Shown here: piece after piece, positions 18,705 through 27,827 of the stretch
How positions within the stretch are numbered: the stretch's first letter is position 1
Layout: every line of letters starts with the position of its first letter
From: Minisyncoccota bacterium
Lineage (GTDB): Bacteria > Patescibacteriota > Minisyncoccia > Phycocordibacterales > JABMNX01
NCBI GenBank assembly: GCA_965222715.1
Contig: OZ244961.1
Coordinates: 548,637-612,636, forward strand
Direction of reading: 5' to 3'
DNA: 64,000 bases
Notes under the pieces: generated by a model
Told to the model about the DNA's origin: nothing
The model's input: the letters and a program-made list of their open reading frames with translations, nothing else
Databases searched by the model: none
Position numbers and translations under genes: made by a program

Positions 18705-19916
18705 CTAGAATCGCACCGAATGAGTGTCACCGCAGATAGTGCAGTAACCCTCATGGTAGTGTGTGGCCAAAAAGACGATGGACCAGCGCGCAACATCCTC
18801 ATCAAGTCCATCAAACGGACACTGGAGGACATCGTGCCATTGGGGCACCATCGACGAGTGGGTCACACGAAAGAGCTCGAGTGCAGGAAAGATGAACGGT
18901 TCATACGGAGCGCCTTCTTTTGGAAAGTGAAGGTTTTCGTCAGAAGAACCGAATCGGAACCCTTGAGCGTTTTCTCCGAGCATAATGTCCCAACTACCTG
19001 GGTCGAAGTGTGGACGACAGAGTGACATCTTCCCAGTTCTCGGGTCAACATCTGCGTAGGGGTACCTGAAGAAAGAGACGGACGAGCGCGACTTCTTTCC
19101 TTCCGGGAAGAAGGTATTCACAAGGTTGGGAAAAGTAGCACTCATTGTCTCGATCACATCCCTAAATGCACACTCTGCATCTTCGTACAGTACCCGGGCG
19201 GCTTCCGCAAATGCTTGAGCTTCGGGATACTGCTCCATCTCAGAAGCAAAGACCTCTTCAAACCCAGGTCCGTACATGAATTGGGCCTGTGTTGGACGAC
19301 CCATTTCTTTTTGTGGGACTGAGCGAAACCCAATCTCTTCACAGAGATGAGAGGGAGCTGATCCTTCAGGCAAGACAAAAGATTGCATCACTTCGATCGG
19401 CAGCTGAAGAAACTCAACAAACGCTTCTCCGGCCCTCGTTGCGTTTTGAGGGTTGCCCAGTTGAACGGGCGCGCAACCTTCCTCAAGAATCGCTTGAGTA
19501 ACAGGGTCGTTCACCAGGAGATCTGATTCGGGAAGGAGGAAGTTTGCAGATGGAGGAGTAATCTCTCCACCAGCCAAAATCCATCCGCGAACCCCATCAG
19601 TGACCTGAATCACGTCTTCGTACCCATGTTCAAGAAGCGCAAAGGCAGCCATATAGGCAAGCCCGCACCCAGACTGCTCTGAGAACACGAAGATTCGAGC
19701 GCTCTTCGGTACGTTAAGCAGCATGAAACGTTCCATGAAAGAGTTTCTGCTGCTTCCCTTGAAAATGGAGCCGTACCAGACATTGTGCGCACCAGGAATA
19801 TGGTGCGCACGGAAGGCAGATTCTCGACTGGCGTCGATAATGACATCAGAGTCTTTTACATCGGCAAGAACCGATTGTGCAGACCACGTCTTTGGCGTAA
19901 CCGGTGCTGTAGTCAT
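18705..19916 (-). CDS. Rhodanese-2OG-Fe(II) oxygenase fusion with C-terminal CxxC
   Basis: N-terminal HHIPGAHNV/SGCGLA/GVRGW; C-terminal FFRY, HFD, QWHDV, RWSIVF, CTIC. Confidence 0.8.
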   Translation of the reverse strand: MTTAPVTPKTWSAQSVLADVKDSDVIIDASRESAFRAHHIPGAHNVWYGSIFKGSSRNSFMERFMLLNVPKSARIFVFSEQSGCGLAYMAAFALLEHGYEDVIQVTDGVRGWILAGGEITPPSANFLLPESDLLVNDPVTQAILEEGCAPVQLGNPQNATRAGEAFVEFLQLPIEVMQSFVLPEGSAPSHLCEEIGFRSVPQKEMGRPTQAQFMYGPGFEEVFASEMEQYPEAQAFAEAARVLYEDAECAFRDVIETMSATFPNLVNTFFPEGKKSRSSVSFFRYPYADVDPRTGKMSLCRPHFDPGSWDIMLGENAQGFRFGSSDENLHFPKEGAPYEPFIFPALELFRVTHSSMVPQWHDVLQCPFDGLDEDVARWSIVFLATHYHEGYCTICGDTHSVRF

Positions 19917-20084
19917 GTGTAAACCTCTTTTTCATCTAGTTATTGCACATAGTAGCATCGCACCTCTAACCAAGAGTATTGATGCTTCTATTTCTAAAAA
20001 CCAGTATCTTGTTATTTTGTATAAAAGTCAATTACACCAGCCACATTGCGAAAGCGTCTATGCAGTGGCATCATACACACTACT

Positions 20085-20882
20085 ATGGAGATAGATTCCT
20101 CACACCCATACACACTCATTGAAAACATACGTAACGAGAAACACGCGACGTTATATAAGGACCTTTGGGGTGACACAACATATACTCACCTCATGGATGT
20201 CCCCCAACTTCACTGGAAAGATTTAGTAATGTGCCCTTTTAAAAAACGATTGTATCGAGATGATAATCATTTTGTACATATTGCATACAAAGATGATGAG
20301 GCCTGTCTTATCGCAAGAACAACAAAAGATATTGTCCACGAACTATATGGAGATACGAGTAAAAAAAGACCACTTGTAGCATTTCATTACCGACACCACA
20401 CAATAGAAAAAAGTGAGTGGTTTTATGAACACAATCTATTACCCCTTCCTGCTATTGATGACCTACATGCAGCAGTTGAAATTGCACGAATGTATGAAGT
20501 AGATACCCTCACCTGTGACACCCGTAGTCTCATGCAACTACAAACACATTTGCATAAACTACCCCTCACATCTGTGTACGTGGTAGATACTTTTTTTGAT
20601 GAAGAGGTAATAAAAAATATCTCTTCAAAATACGAAATAAGACTAATACTTGCACTTCCAGAAACTGGAACATTGGCGGTAAGTTGTCCAGAGAATACTC
20701 CAGGAAGCTATTTTCACCCCCACCACTCTACCATCCTTGAATATGGAAAATCACTTATAGCAACACGAAATGTATTGCTTCCAACACCAATTATTCGCTA
20801 CAACACTGGTATACCAACACAGAAAATTCAGGAAAGTATCTGTAGCTGCAACAGTAAAGAAACATTTACACTTCATGCATAA
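20085..20882 (+). CDS. Degenerate phenylacetate-CoA ligase (PaaK)-like protein
   Basis: LPETGTLAVSC, YFHPH, TPIIRYNTG, CSC; no clear P-loop. Confidence 0.6.
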   Translation: MEIDSSHPYTLIENIRNEKHATLYKDLWGDTTYTHLMDVPQLHWKDLVMCPFKKRLYRDDNHFVHIAYKDDEACLIARTTKDIVHELYGDTSKKRPLVAFHYRHHTIEKSEWFYEHNLLPLPAIDDLHAAVEIARMYEVDTLTCDTRSLMQLQTHLHKLPLTSVYVVDTFFDEEVIKNISSKYEIRLILALPETGTLAVSCPENTPGSYFHPHHSTILEYGKSLIATRNVLLPTPIIRYNTGIPTQKIQESICSCNSKETFTLHA

Positions 20883-22011
20883 AGTAATATGTACAACAAA
20901 AAAAGATATTGAAGGGACTATTGTTGGATTGGATCAATATAAGCCAGGAGATGCGTCAGTAAAAGACCTCACACTTAAAGTAAGTGGTGGCACAAGCGGC
21001 GTACTTACTGTAGTTGTTGAGCAAAATGCAGTTGAGAGAAAGAAGAGACATTACACAGACAAAGCTCATGCACTCATACGACTTGGTGGGCAACGTACAA
21101 GCGCACTATCTGGCACGAATTTACTACTTCGTTACGCATCACACACTCGAGTACTTGCAATTGATGCAAAAGATTTGAGGCACCCAGCAATTGGCCACGC
21201 ATTAGCTGGGTTTGCCCCAACCGAACTCTATAGCATCCCGCTCTCTTTTTTAAGGACTGTTATGTACACACTGCGATTACACGATATGTCGTGGGCATTT
21301 CGTCGTGTGCGTTACATTCTATACTCAGGAGAATGGACAAGCGCAAAAGAAAAAGAAGAGATTCTTAAAGATTTTCCTAAACTTGAAGAAAGTGTTGATG
21401 AGTATGGATCAGCTGAGGCTGGACCGTATGCTGTGAGTTGTAAACATTTATCAAAAAAATATGAAAAAGAAGGACTCTTAGTATTTCATCCACACGAATC
21501 TGTTGGCTTATGGATTGATGGAGACAAAGGAGGTGGTGAAATTATTATATCTACTAATGAATTAAAAAATTACAGAACGGGAGATAAAGGAGAATTGAGA
21601 GAAGAGAAATGTGAATGCGGAGAAAAGAAGACATTAATATTTCATGGTCGCATCAATACCGATTACGTAGATTGTGCCGGTGCTATTTTTTCTATTAAAG
21701 ACCTCGAGCATGTCTTTAATTATTTATCAGATATTGTTTCCGACTACCAAATTATAGTGAGAGAACATATTGAAAACAAAACACCAAAAGGAAGTGTACA
21801 TATAAAGTTTGTACCAACAAGGGCGTATAAGAATCATTCAGATGTAACTACGTATGTTACTGAATTTGTACACAAACATCTTGCTGTAACCCCAACACGT
21901 ACACTTGGCGAGCTGGTTGAGCAAAAGATATTTACCCCAACAACAGCAGAAATAGTTTCTTCAATCTCAAAAAAGACTGATAAACGTGAAAGAATAAAGA
22001 AAGAAATTTAA
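20875..22011 (+). CDS. Phenylacetate-CoA ligase (PaaK)-like adenylate-forming enzyme
   Basis: SGGTSG P-loop, SGE, EYGSAEAG, NYRTGD, CECG, GR. Confidence 0.8.
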   Translation: MHKVICTTKKDIEGTIVGLDQYKPGDASVKDLTLKVSGGTSGVLTVVVEQNAVERKKRHYTDKAHALIRLGGQRTSALSGTNLLLRYASHTRVLAIDAKDLRHPAIGHALAGFAPTELYSIPLSFLRTVMYTLRLHDMSWAFRRVRYILYSGEWTSAKEKEEILKDFPKLEESVDEYGSAEAGPYAVSCKHLSKKYEKEGLLVFHPHESVGLWIDGDKGGGEIIISTNELKNYRTGDKGELREEKCECGEKKTLIFHGRINTDYVDCAGAIFSIKDLEHVFNYLSDIVSDYQIIVREHIENKTPKGSVHIKFVPTRAYKNHSDVTTYVTEFVHKHLAVTPTRTLGELVEQKIFTPTTAEIVSSISKKTDKRERIKKEI

Positions 22012-22083
22012 AAACTCTTAACCTTATACTTTCGAGTCCTTCAACTAAAATGAACATACTGACTTTCGCCAGCATGTTCATCT

Positions 22084-22168
22084 TGGTGCCCAGGGCGGGA
22101 CTCGAACCCGCATGCACTAAGTGCCACGGCCCTCAACCGTGTGTGTATACCAGTTCCACCACCTGGGC
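22084..22168 (-). tRNA. tRNA-Leu(GAG)
   Basis: GCCCAGG...CACGG-TTGAGGG-CCGTG, variable arm, GTTCGAGTCC, encoded CCA. Confidence 0.95.
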
Positions 22169-22190
22169 ATATACACGAGTAAGAGTAATA

Positions 22191-22781
22191 CTACTCTGTT
22201 TTCTTTTTCTCTTCCACCTCTTCTGCCTTTTCCTCCTTCTGTTCTTCTACTGATTCCTCTTTTTCTTGAGAGTTCTCAGTATTTTCTACTGAAGAATCTT
22301 GAACTTCTTCTTTTTTATCCTCAACTTCTTGAGAAGCTGCCTCTTCTGCTTTCTTTTCTGCTTCTTCAGCTTGCGCCTTGTCTTCTGTGTCAGAGCTTGA
22401 TGCAAGGTTCACCAGTTGCATTTTACGCATCTGTCGCTTAATTTCACGAGCAACTTTTTCACGAATATGATATAGCTTTGCGCGGCGCACCTTTGAACGG
22501 CGAACAATCTCAATTTTATCAATCATAGGAGAATAGAGTGGGAATATTTTTTCAATACCTACACCACCTGAAACACGACGAACAGTAAATGTTGCTCCTG
22601 GCTCATTGCCGTGCTTTCGAGCAAGCACCAAACCTTCAAACGCCTGGAGTCGTGTTTTTCCTTTTTCTTCAATTTTCTGCCACACACGAACCGTATCCCC
22701 GACGCGGATGCCGAGGTCTTTACGATTTTCCATATTTACTGGAGAGATAACTACTCCTTTATGTGCAGTTGCGTTTGCCAT
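22191..22781 (-). CDS. rplS: 50S ribosomal protein L19 with acidic C-terminal tail
   Basis: GDTVRV, RLQAFEG, TFTVRR, VRRAKLY. Confidence 0.97.
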   Translation of the reverse strand: MANATAHKGVVISPVNMENRKDLGIRVGDTVRVWQKIEEKGKTRLQAFEGLVLARKHGNEPGATFTVRRVSGGVGIEKIFPLYSPMIDKIEIVRRSKVRRAKLYHIREKVAREIKRQMRKMQLVNLASSSDTEDKAQAEEAEKKAEEAASQEVEDKKEEVQDSSVENTENSQEKEESVEEQKEEKAEEVEEKKKTE

Positions 22782-22836
22782 ATAAATTTAATGACTAGAA
22801 CTGTACCATAGCCGTTAGCACTCTGCAATATTTACC

Positions 22837-23577
22837 CTACTCAATACCAAGAAGGTTGAGGGCATTATTAAAGTCCTCTGGTAGTGGCGCTTTAACAGTT
22901 TTTCGCTCACCACTCGGGAGATCAAAGGAAATTGTGTGCGCATGAAGTGCTGGTCGCTCAAACCCAAGAATACATTCTTTTTTGGGTGCGTAGATGTGAT
23001 CACACACAATCGGGTGGTGAATAGCTTTAAGGTGTACCCGAATCTGATGCGTTCTTCCAGTTTTAGGGCTAACCGACATATAACTTAATAATTCGCCACT
23101 CTTTGGGTCGGTTATTCGATTAAGAAGATGCCACTCGGTTACAGCAGCCCGAAGTGTTCCTCGTTTACCAGAAAGTGCCGTCCATTTGCGTGGCTTTTTT
23201 TTGGTACGACCAATTTCCATATCAATAACACCCCTGTCTTCTTTTGCTTGCCCATAGACAAAGGCTCGATACTCTTTTTCAAGAGAACGGGCTTGAAACT
23301 GTTTTTTAATAAATTGGTGAGACTCTTGTGACCGTACAAGTATCAAAGCCCCTGAGGTGGTGCGATCAAGTCGGTGTACAATGCCTGGTCGAGAAATGTG
23401 CACTCCTTGCGGGCTGATACCATCTTCTCCAACACCAATCATTTCTGGATAGTGCTCTTTCACCCAATCAACAACTGACGACTCTTCGTTTCTCCCATCA
23501 AAATGCACAATAAGCCCCGCTGGCTTATTGATCACCACCACGTCCTTATCTTCATAGAGTATTTCAATAGATGACAT
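22837..23577 (-). CDS. RluA/RluD-family pseudouridine synthase
   Basis: NKPAGL, HRLDRTTSG, TGRTHQIRVH, ALHA. Confidence 0.93.
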   Translation of the reverse strand: MSSIEILYEDKDVVVINKPAGLIVHFDGRNEESSVVDWVKEHYPEMIGVGEDGISPQGVHISRPGIVHRLDRTTSGALILVRSQESHQFIKKQFQARSLEKEYRAFVYGQAKEDRGVIDMEIGRTKKKPRKWTALSGKRGTLRAAVTEWHLLNRITDPKSGELLSYMSVSPKTGRTHQIRVHLKAIHHPIVCDHIYAPKKECILGFERPALHAHTISFDLPSGERKTVKAPLPEDFNNALNLLGIE

Positions 23578-23589
23578 ACGTTACCCACA

Positions 23590-24276
23590 TTACTTACCCA
23601 TACGTCTTTCACGAGACGCAAACTCAGTAAGCATTGATGTGAATTCTTCGTGTGAAAAATCTGGCCAAAATGTATCTGAAAAAAATAGCTCACTATAGGT
23701 GCCTTGCCACGGTAAAAAATTTGAGAGTCGCTTTTCACCACCAGTACGAAGAATAATGTCAGGGTCAGGTACTGTTGCGGTCCAAAGATGTTTTTTAAAC
23801 ATGTCTTCACGTATTTCCCCACCTTCTTTCATGCACTCATTTGCAGCGTGTATGATCTCAGCTCTCCCCCCATATGACGCGGCAATAACGACTGTGTACT
23901 CAGTGTTGTTCTTGGTCTCTTCCATAAGGGTGCGCATCATCTCTTCTAAATCAGTAGGAAACTGCGAAAGGTCCCCAGCAAATATAATGCGCACTTTTTC
24001 TTCCTTTAGTCGTTCTGTCTGCTCTTTAATAATGGTTCGAAACAAATCGAGAAGGTAAGACACCTCTTCTTTAGATCGTTTCCAGTTCTCAGTTGAAAGA
24101 GCGTAAAAAATGAGGTTGTGCACACCCGCTTCTTTTGCCCAATCAAGTACCTCCTTAAATTTTTCATACCCTCGACGGTGCCCCTCAAGAGTTGGGAGTC
24201 CTTTTTCACGTGCCCAGCGACGGTTTCCATCCATTATTAAACCAATACATTGAGGCACTCGTGTTTCATGTTGCAT
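23590..24276 (-). CDS. uppS: Undecaprenyl diphosphate synthase
   Basis: IMDGNRRWA, STENWKRS, YGGRAEI, RTGGEKRLSNFL. Confidence 0.97.
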   Translation of the reverse strand: MQHETRVPQCIGLIMDGNRRWAREKGLPTLEGHRRGYEKFKEVLDWAKEAGVHNLIFYALSTENWKRSKEEVSYLLDLFRTIIKEQTERLKEEKVRIIFAGDLSQFPTDLEEMMRTLMEETKNNTEYTVVIAASYGGRAEIIHAANECMKEGGEIREDMFKKHLWTATVPDPDIILRTGGEKRLSNFLPWQGTYSELFFSDTFWPDFSHEEFTSMLTEFASRERRMGK

Positions 24277-24295
24277 AAGGATTCAGTATACCTAA

Positions 24296-24568
24296 CTAAT
24301 ATATAATAGAAAAACTATCGAACTTACTCGAAGGTTCCCTCCACTCTGTTTCAACACGTACCACTCGAGCAAGAAAAGGACCTTTGTGAAGATGTTCGAG
24401 TAACTTTTCAAGCTTTGCTTCACTCCCCTGCGCAATTACCTCAACTGTTCCATCGTCAAGATTCTCAACAGTTCCACGAAGTCCTAATATCCGAGCGTGG
24501 CGTTGTACAAAATCACGAAACATGACCATTTGGACTTTCCCAGAAACAATAGCTTTTATTTCTTTCAT
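24296..24568 (-). CDS. acyP: Acylphosphatase
   Basis: VSGKVQMVMFR, GTVENLDDGTVEV. Confidence 0.92.
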   Translation of the reverse strand: MKEIKAIVSGKVQMVMFRDFVQRHARILGLRGTVENLDDGTVEVIAQGSEAKLEKLLEHLHKGPFLARVVRVETEWREPSSKFDSFSIIY

Positions 24569-24616
24569 TACTGTATGTATTACCATAAAACGGCTCAAAA
24601 AGTGAGCCGTTTTATG

Positions 24617-24750
24617 ATTTTGTGGGCGATGAGGGACTTGGTGTCAGCTCACATCACTATTTTAGTACGCTGCGCTTCTAAAATAGTGTGTGGCTCCTAC
24701 CCGATCTCCCTCGCCTTCGGCTCAGTCCGATGTTCAAGTCCGCTCGCAAA
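24617..24750 (-). repeat. tRNA-Val-associated structured element
   Basis: 24-bp exact direct repeat (24617-24640 = 24784-24807), inverted T-arm copy gttcaagtcc at about 24732, two hairpins between. Confidence 0.8.
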
Positions 24751-24789
24751 TTAAAACAGCATAACCAAAGTTATACTGTTTTAATTTTG

Positions 24790-24863
24790 TGGGCGATGAG
24801 GGACTTGAACCCCCGACCTTTTCGGTGTAAACGAACTGCTCTAGCCAACTGAGCTAATCGCCC
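24790..24863 (-). tRNA. tRNA-Val(TAC)
   Basis: GGGCGATTAGCTCAG...TTTACAC...GTTCAAGTCCCTCATCGCCCA. Confidence 0.95.
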
Positions 24864-24997
24864 TTATGTACCTCTTATGTACCTAAACCAAGCTCTTAAC
24901 CTGTTTTAACCTGGTAGATATAGAGTATATATAAAAAATCTTAAAATTCAATGTATGTTTAATACTTTTTTATATACCATGTGGTAGAGTGTATAGT

Positions 24998-26098
24998 ATG
25001 CATATCCTTTCTAGAGACGAACGAAAAGCAACTCTTGTACTCCTAATAATCGGCTTATTTGTATTTTTAGGTGCAACACTACTTTATGATACAAATTTCC
25101 AAAATATTTCTAGCGCTTCAGAAAAAAAAGAAAGTTACACGAAAGTATATACCACCTCCTACCCAGAAAATGCGCAGAAGAAAATACGCTGGATGATTGC
25201 ACATGCCCCTGAAACATATTTTCTTGAAGCAGCAACAACATTTAAAAACATTATTGAACAAGAGTCAGGGGGTACTATAACTGTTGAAATTAGTACTTTT
25301 GATGATACTGTTTCTGAAAGTGAACAGGATGATTTTCGTGCAACTGCAATTGAAAAACTTCGTTTAGGAGAGACCGATATGATGCAGACATACATATCTG
25401 ATGGCCTCACTGAAATAGAATCAAAATTGATGGTCTTAGAGTTACCTAGACTCTTTAGAGACTATGAACATATTAACCGTGTAGTTGAAGGAGAGATTGG
25501 AGAAGAGTTACTTTCAGGATTAGAGGGCAGTGAATTTACTGGACTCGCTTTTACCTTTAGCGGTGGTTTCGTTTCATTTTTCTCAAAAGACCCCAGTGTG
25601 ACTAACCTTGACTCGTTGAAAGGAAGAGAAACACCACAGGAAAGCGGTGGCCTACTTGGTAAAAGATTTCACGAAATACTTGGAATGAAACTTACTGACA
25701 AAGAATCAATAAATCGAGAAACTCATGTGTCACGAGCAATTTATACTGATTTCTTTGGAAACAATGACTACTATACAGAAGACCGAGAACAACAGTCATT
25801 TCTACACTCAAATCACGCAGTACTATTTACCGTATTGGTAATGAATAGTGATTTCTTTAACTCACTCACACCAGAAGAGCAAAGTATTGTCACTCGCGCA
25901 GCAAAAATAGCTGCACAAAAAGAACGTAAAGAGATTGAATCTGACGAATACCGATTTATGGCCAGTGATCGAAACAGGTGGGTACACACACTTTCATCAA
26001 AAGATGAAAGACGGCTTGATGAAATTAGAGAACAACTTGTTTCTGAATTTTCAGAATACTTCTCCCCTGCCCTTGTTGAGAGAATTAAAAACCTTTAA
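24998..26098 (+). CDS. TRAP transporter substrate-binding protein (DctP-like), membrane anchored
   Basis: EQESGGTITVEI, VLELPRLFRDYEH, FFNSLTPEEQSIV.RAA; N-terminal TM. Confidence 0.8.
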   Translation: MHILSRDERKATLVLLIIGLFVFLGATLLYDTNFQNISSASEKKESYTKVYTTSYPENAQKKIRWMIAHAPETYFLEAATTFKNIIEQESGGTITVEISTFDDTVSESEQDDFRATAIEKLRLGETDMMQTYISDGLTEIESKLMVLELPRLFRDYEHINRVVEGEIGEELLSGLEGSEFTGLAFTFSGGFVSFFSKDPSVTNLDSLKGRETPQESGGLLGKRFHEILGMKLTDKESINRETHVSRAIYTDFFGNNDYYTEDREQQSFLHSNHAVLFTVLVMNSDFFNSLTPEEQSIVTRAAKIAAQKERKEIESDEYRFMASDRNRWVHTLSSKDERRLDEIREQLVSEFSEYFSPALVERIKNL

Positions 26099-26143
26099 CT
26101 CTATAGTACAAAACACCAGCTTCTGTGAGTGTTTTAATTTTGA

Positions 26144-26262
26144 TGTCCCCGCGAGGAATCCAATATAATAGGCGTCAGGTTTCTAAGCTCACTACGTTCG
26201 CTAAGAACCTCCTGCCCGGGCTCGCAATCCCTCGCAAGCTCAGGATATAGCTCCGCCTCACA
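26144..26262 (-). repeat. tRNA-Arg(TCT)-associated structured element
   Basis: Imperfect direct copy of tRNA 3' end at 26144-26160; core GCGGAGC..GCGAGCCCGGG..CTTAG..CTTAGAAACCTGAC on the minus strand. Confidence 0.75.
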
Positions 26263-26307
26263 AAACTAGAGAAAACGAGACGCAGGTCTCGTTTTCTTGC
26301 AGTTTTG

Positions 26308-26379
26308 TGCCCCCACGAGGAATCGAACCTCGATTAGCTCCTTAGAAGGGAGCCGTTCTATCCATTAAACTACAGGGGC
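26308..26379 (-). tRNA. tRNA-Arg(TCT)
   Basis: GCCCCTG...GCTCC-CTTCTAA-GGAGC...GTTCGATTCC. Confidence 0.95.
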
Positions 26380-26420
26380 AGAACAATTCACACTATACGT
26401 AAAAAGTTACCTTTAAACAA

Positions 26421-26753
26421 TTACAAAGATGGGTTCGGTATTCGTGGTGGTGTTATTTGACGGTCTTCAAATAACGCCTCCTTTATCTCAAAGGAAACTA
26501 ATAACTCCTCAAGAAGTGTTCTATCGATAGTGTCAATGCGGACTTCTTGAGATTGTTCTACAAGAAAAATATCTCCTTCACTTACTTGCAAAAACAGGTA
26601 CACACTAAAGCCTATAAGAAGAATATTGAGAATAGAAAAACTGACAAGGACCATCTCCCAATGACGATATACTCGCGGTCGTGACGGAGTACGATTAGCT
26701 TTAAAAAGAGTGAGGTAGTGACGTATCTTTTTTTGTAGGTCTTCAATATTCAT
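26421..26753 (-). CDS. Single-TM protein at end of pilMNO-like operon
   Basis: One TM; operon position. Confidence 0.6.
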   Translation of the reverse strand: MNIEDLQKKIRHYLTLFKANRTPSRPRVYRHWEMVLVSFSILNILLIGFSVYLFLQVSEGDIFLVEQSQEVRIDTIDRTLLEELLVSFEIKEALFEDRQITPPRIPNPSL

Positions 26754-26758
26754 AAGTA

Positions 26759-27289
26759 TTATTCTACGTGCTTGAGCACAGTGAACTCAACGTTTGCTTG
26801 CCAGAGAAATGAATCAGGAATTCTCTCCAACTGCACTCGCTTAAAGGTAATACCAAACGAGAGTGTCTCAAGTAGTGAAATGAGTTGCACTAAGGCATTC
26901 CACGAACCACGAGAAGCAAAACGAATCTCAAGTTCTTCGTATGGAGTTTGTGCACCTGAGGGAGTGAGCACATCAACAGCGTTCACATCAACTGATGCTT
27001 GAACTTCATCTCCAAGAGACTCAAGCGTTTCAAGAAAATTGACCACGCCGTCAGACGATACAAAATAGCTATCAATCTCATTAAATTCCCCCTCAAGCTC
27101 TTGCAGTAACTGTCGAACTGACCTAAGACGCTGATCTTGGCGTATTTCAATATCAAGCTGATTTTGAAGTAAAGAAATTTCGTTATTAATATTTTTTATT
27201 TTAAAGAAAAAAAACAAATAGACGCTACACGCAACAATGGTGAGCACACCGACTGTAATAGCAAGAATTGTTGTTCGTGAAATTTGCAT
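26759..27289 (-). CDS. PilO-like protein
   Basis: TM, coiled coil, then GSWNALVQLISLLETL motif; position after PilN-like gene. Confidence 0.65.
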   Translation of the reverse strand: MQISRTTILAITVGVLTIVACSVYLFFFFKIKNINNEISLLQNQLDIEIRQDQRLRSVRQLLQELEGEFNEIDSYFVSSDGVVNFLETLESLGDEVQASVDVNAVDVLTPSGAQTPYEELEIRFASRGSWNALVQLISLLETLSFGITFKRVQLERIPDSFLWQANVEFTVLKHVE

Positions 27290-27291
27290 AC

Positions 27292-27825
27292 TTAAAAATT
27301 ACCTACCAGTGTTATTGAAAAAACAATGTTAGAATCTCGTGCAAGACTAGATACCGGAAGATCAACAGAGTTAAAGAGACTTTCCGCCCGAAGTCTATCT
27401 GCAAACTCAATAAGTCCAACCCTCGAGTCTGATCGACCAGTTATTCGTAACTGACTTGCACTACCATTGGTGTAGTAAAACGCATCCACAGTCACTTGAG
27501 GACTTAGATTTTTCACCACAGTATGTATAAGCTCGGTTTGTGGTACCTGTTTTTGCACCTCAGTTAACTGCTGTATTTTATTTTTTGTAGCAGTGAATGA
27601 AGCAACTGACGTATTCTGCCCCCTACTCTCTATTGCCTTATCAAGTAATTCAGATTGGCGGGTTATTGTCTCTTCTTTTAAAGAGGATACAAAGTATGAT
27701 GGCAACAACAAGATGACTCCAAAAATAGTTGAGAGTAGGAAGAAAAGTAGAACGAGTATAACAAGGCGTAATAGATATTCACGCTCAAAGTGTTTTCTTT
27801 CTTTTAGTGGAAGTAAATTTGCCAT
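27292..27825 (-). CDS. PilN-like protein
   Basis: N-terminal NLLP motif, TM, ferredoxin-like C-terminus. Confidence 0.75.
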   Translation of the reverse strand: MANLLPLKERKHFEREYLLRLVILVLLFFLLSTIFGVILLLPSYFVSSLKEETITRQSELLDKAIESRGQNTSVASFTATKNKIQQLTEVQKQVPQTELIHTVVKNLSPQVTVDAFYYTNGSASQLRITGRSDSRVGLIEFADRLRAESLFNSVDLPVSSLARDSNIVFSITLVGNF

Positions 27826-27827
27826 AC

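Noticed and set aside
22191-22400. Glu/Lys-rich tail on L19
   Set aside because: Low-complexity extensions on ribosomal proteins are common in CPR.
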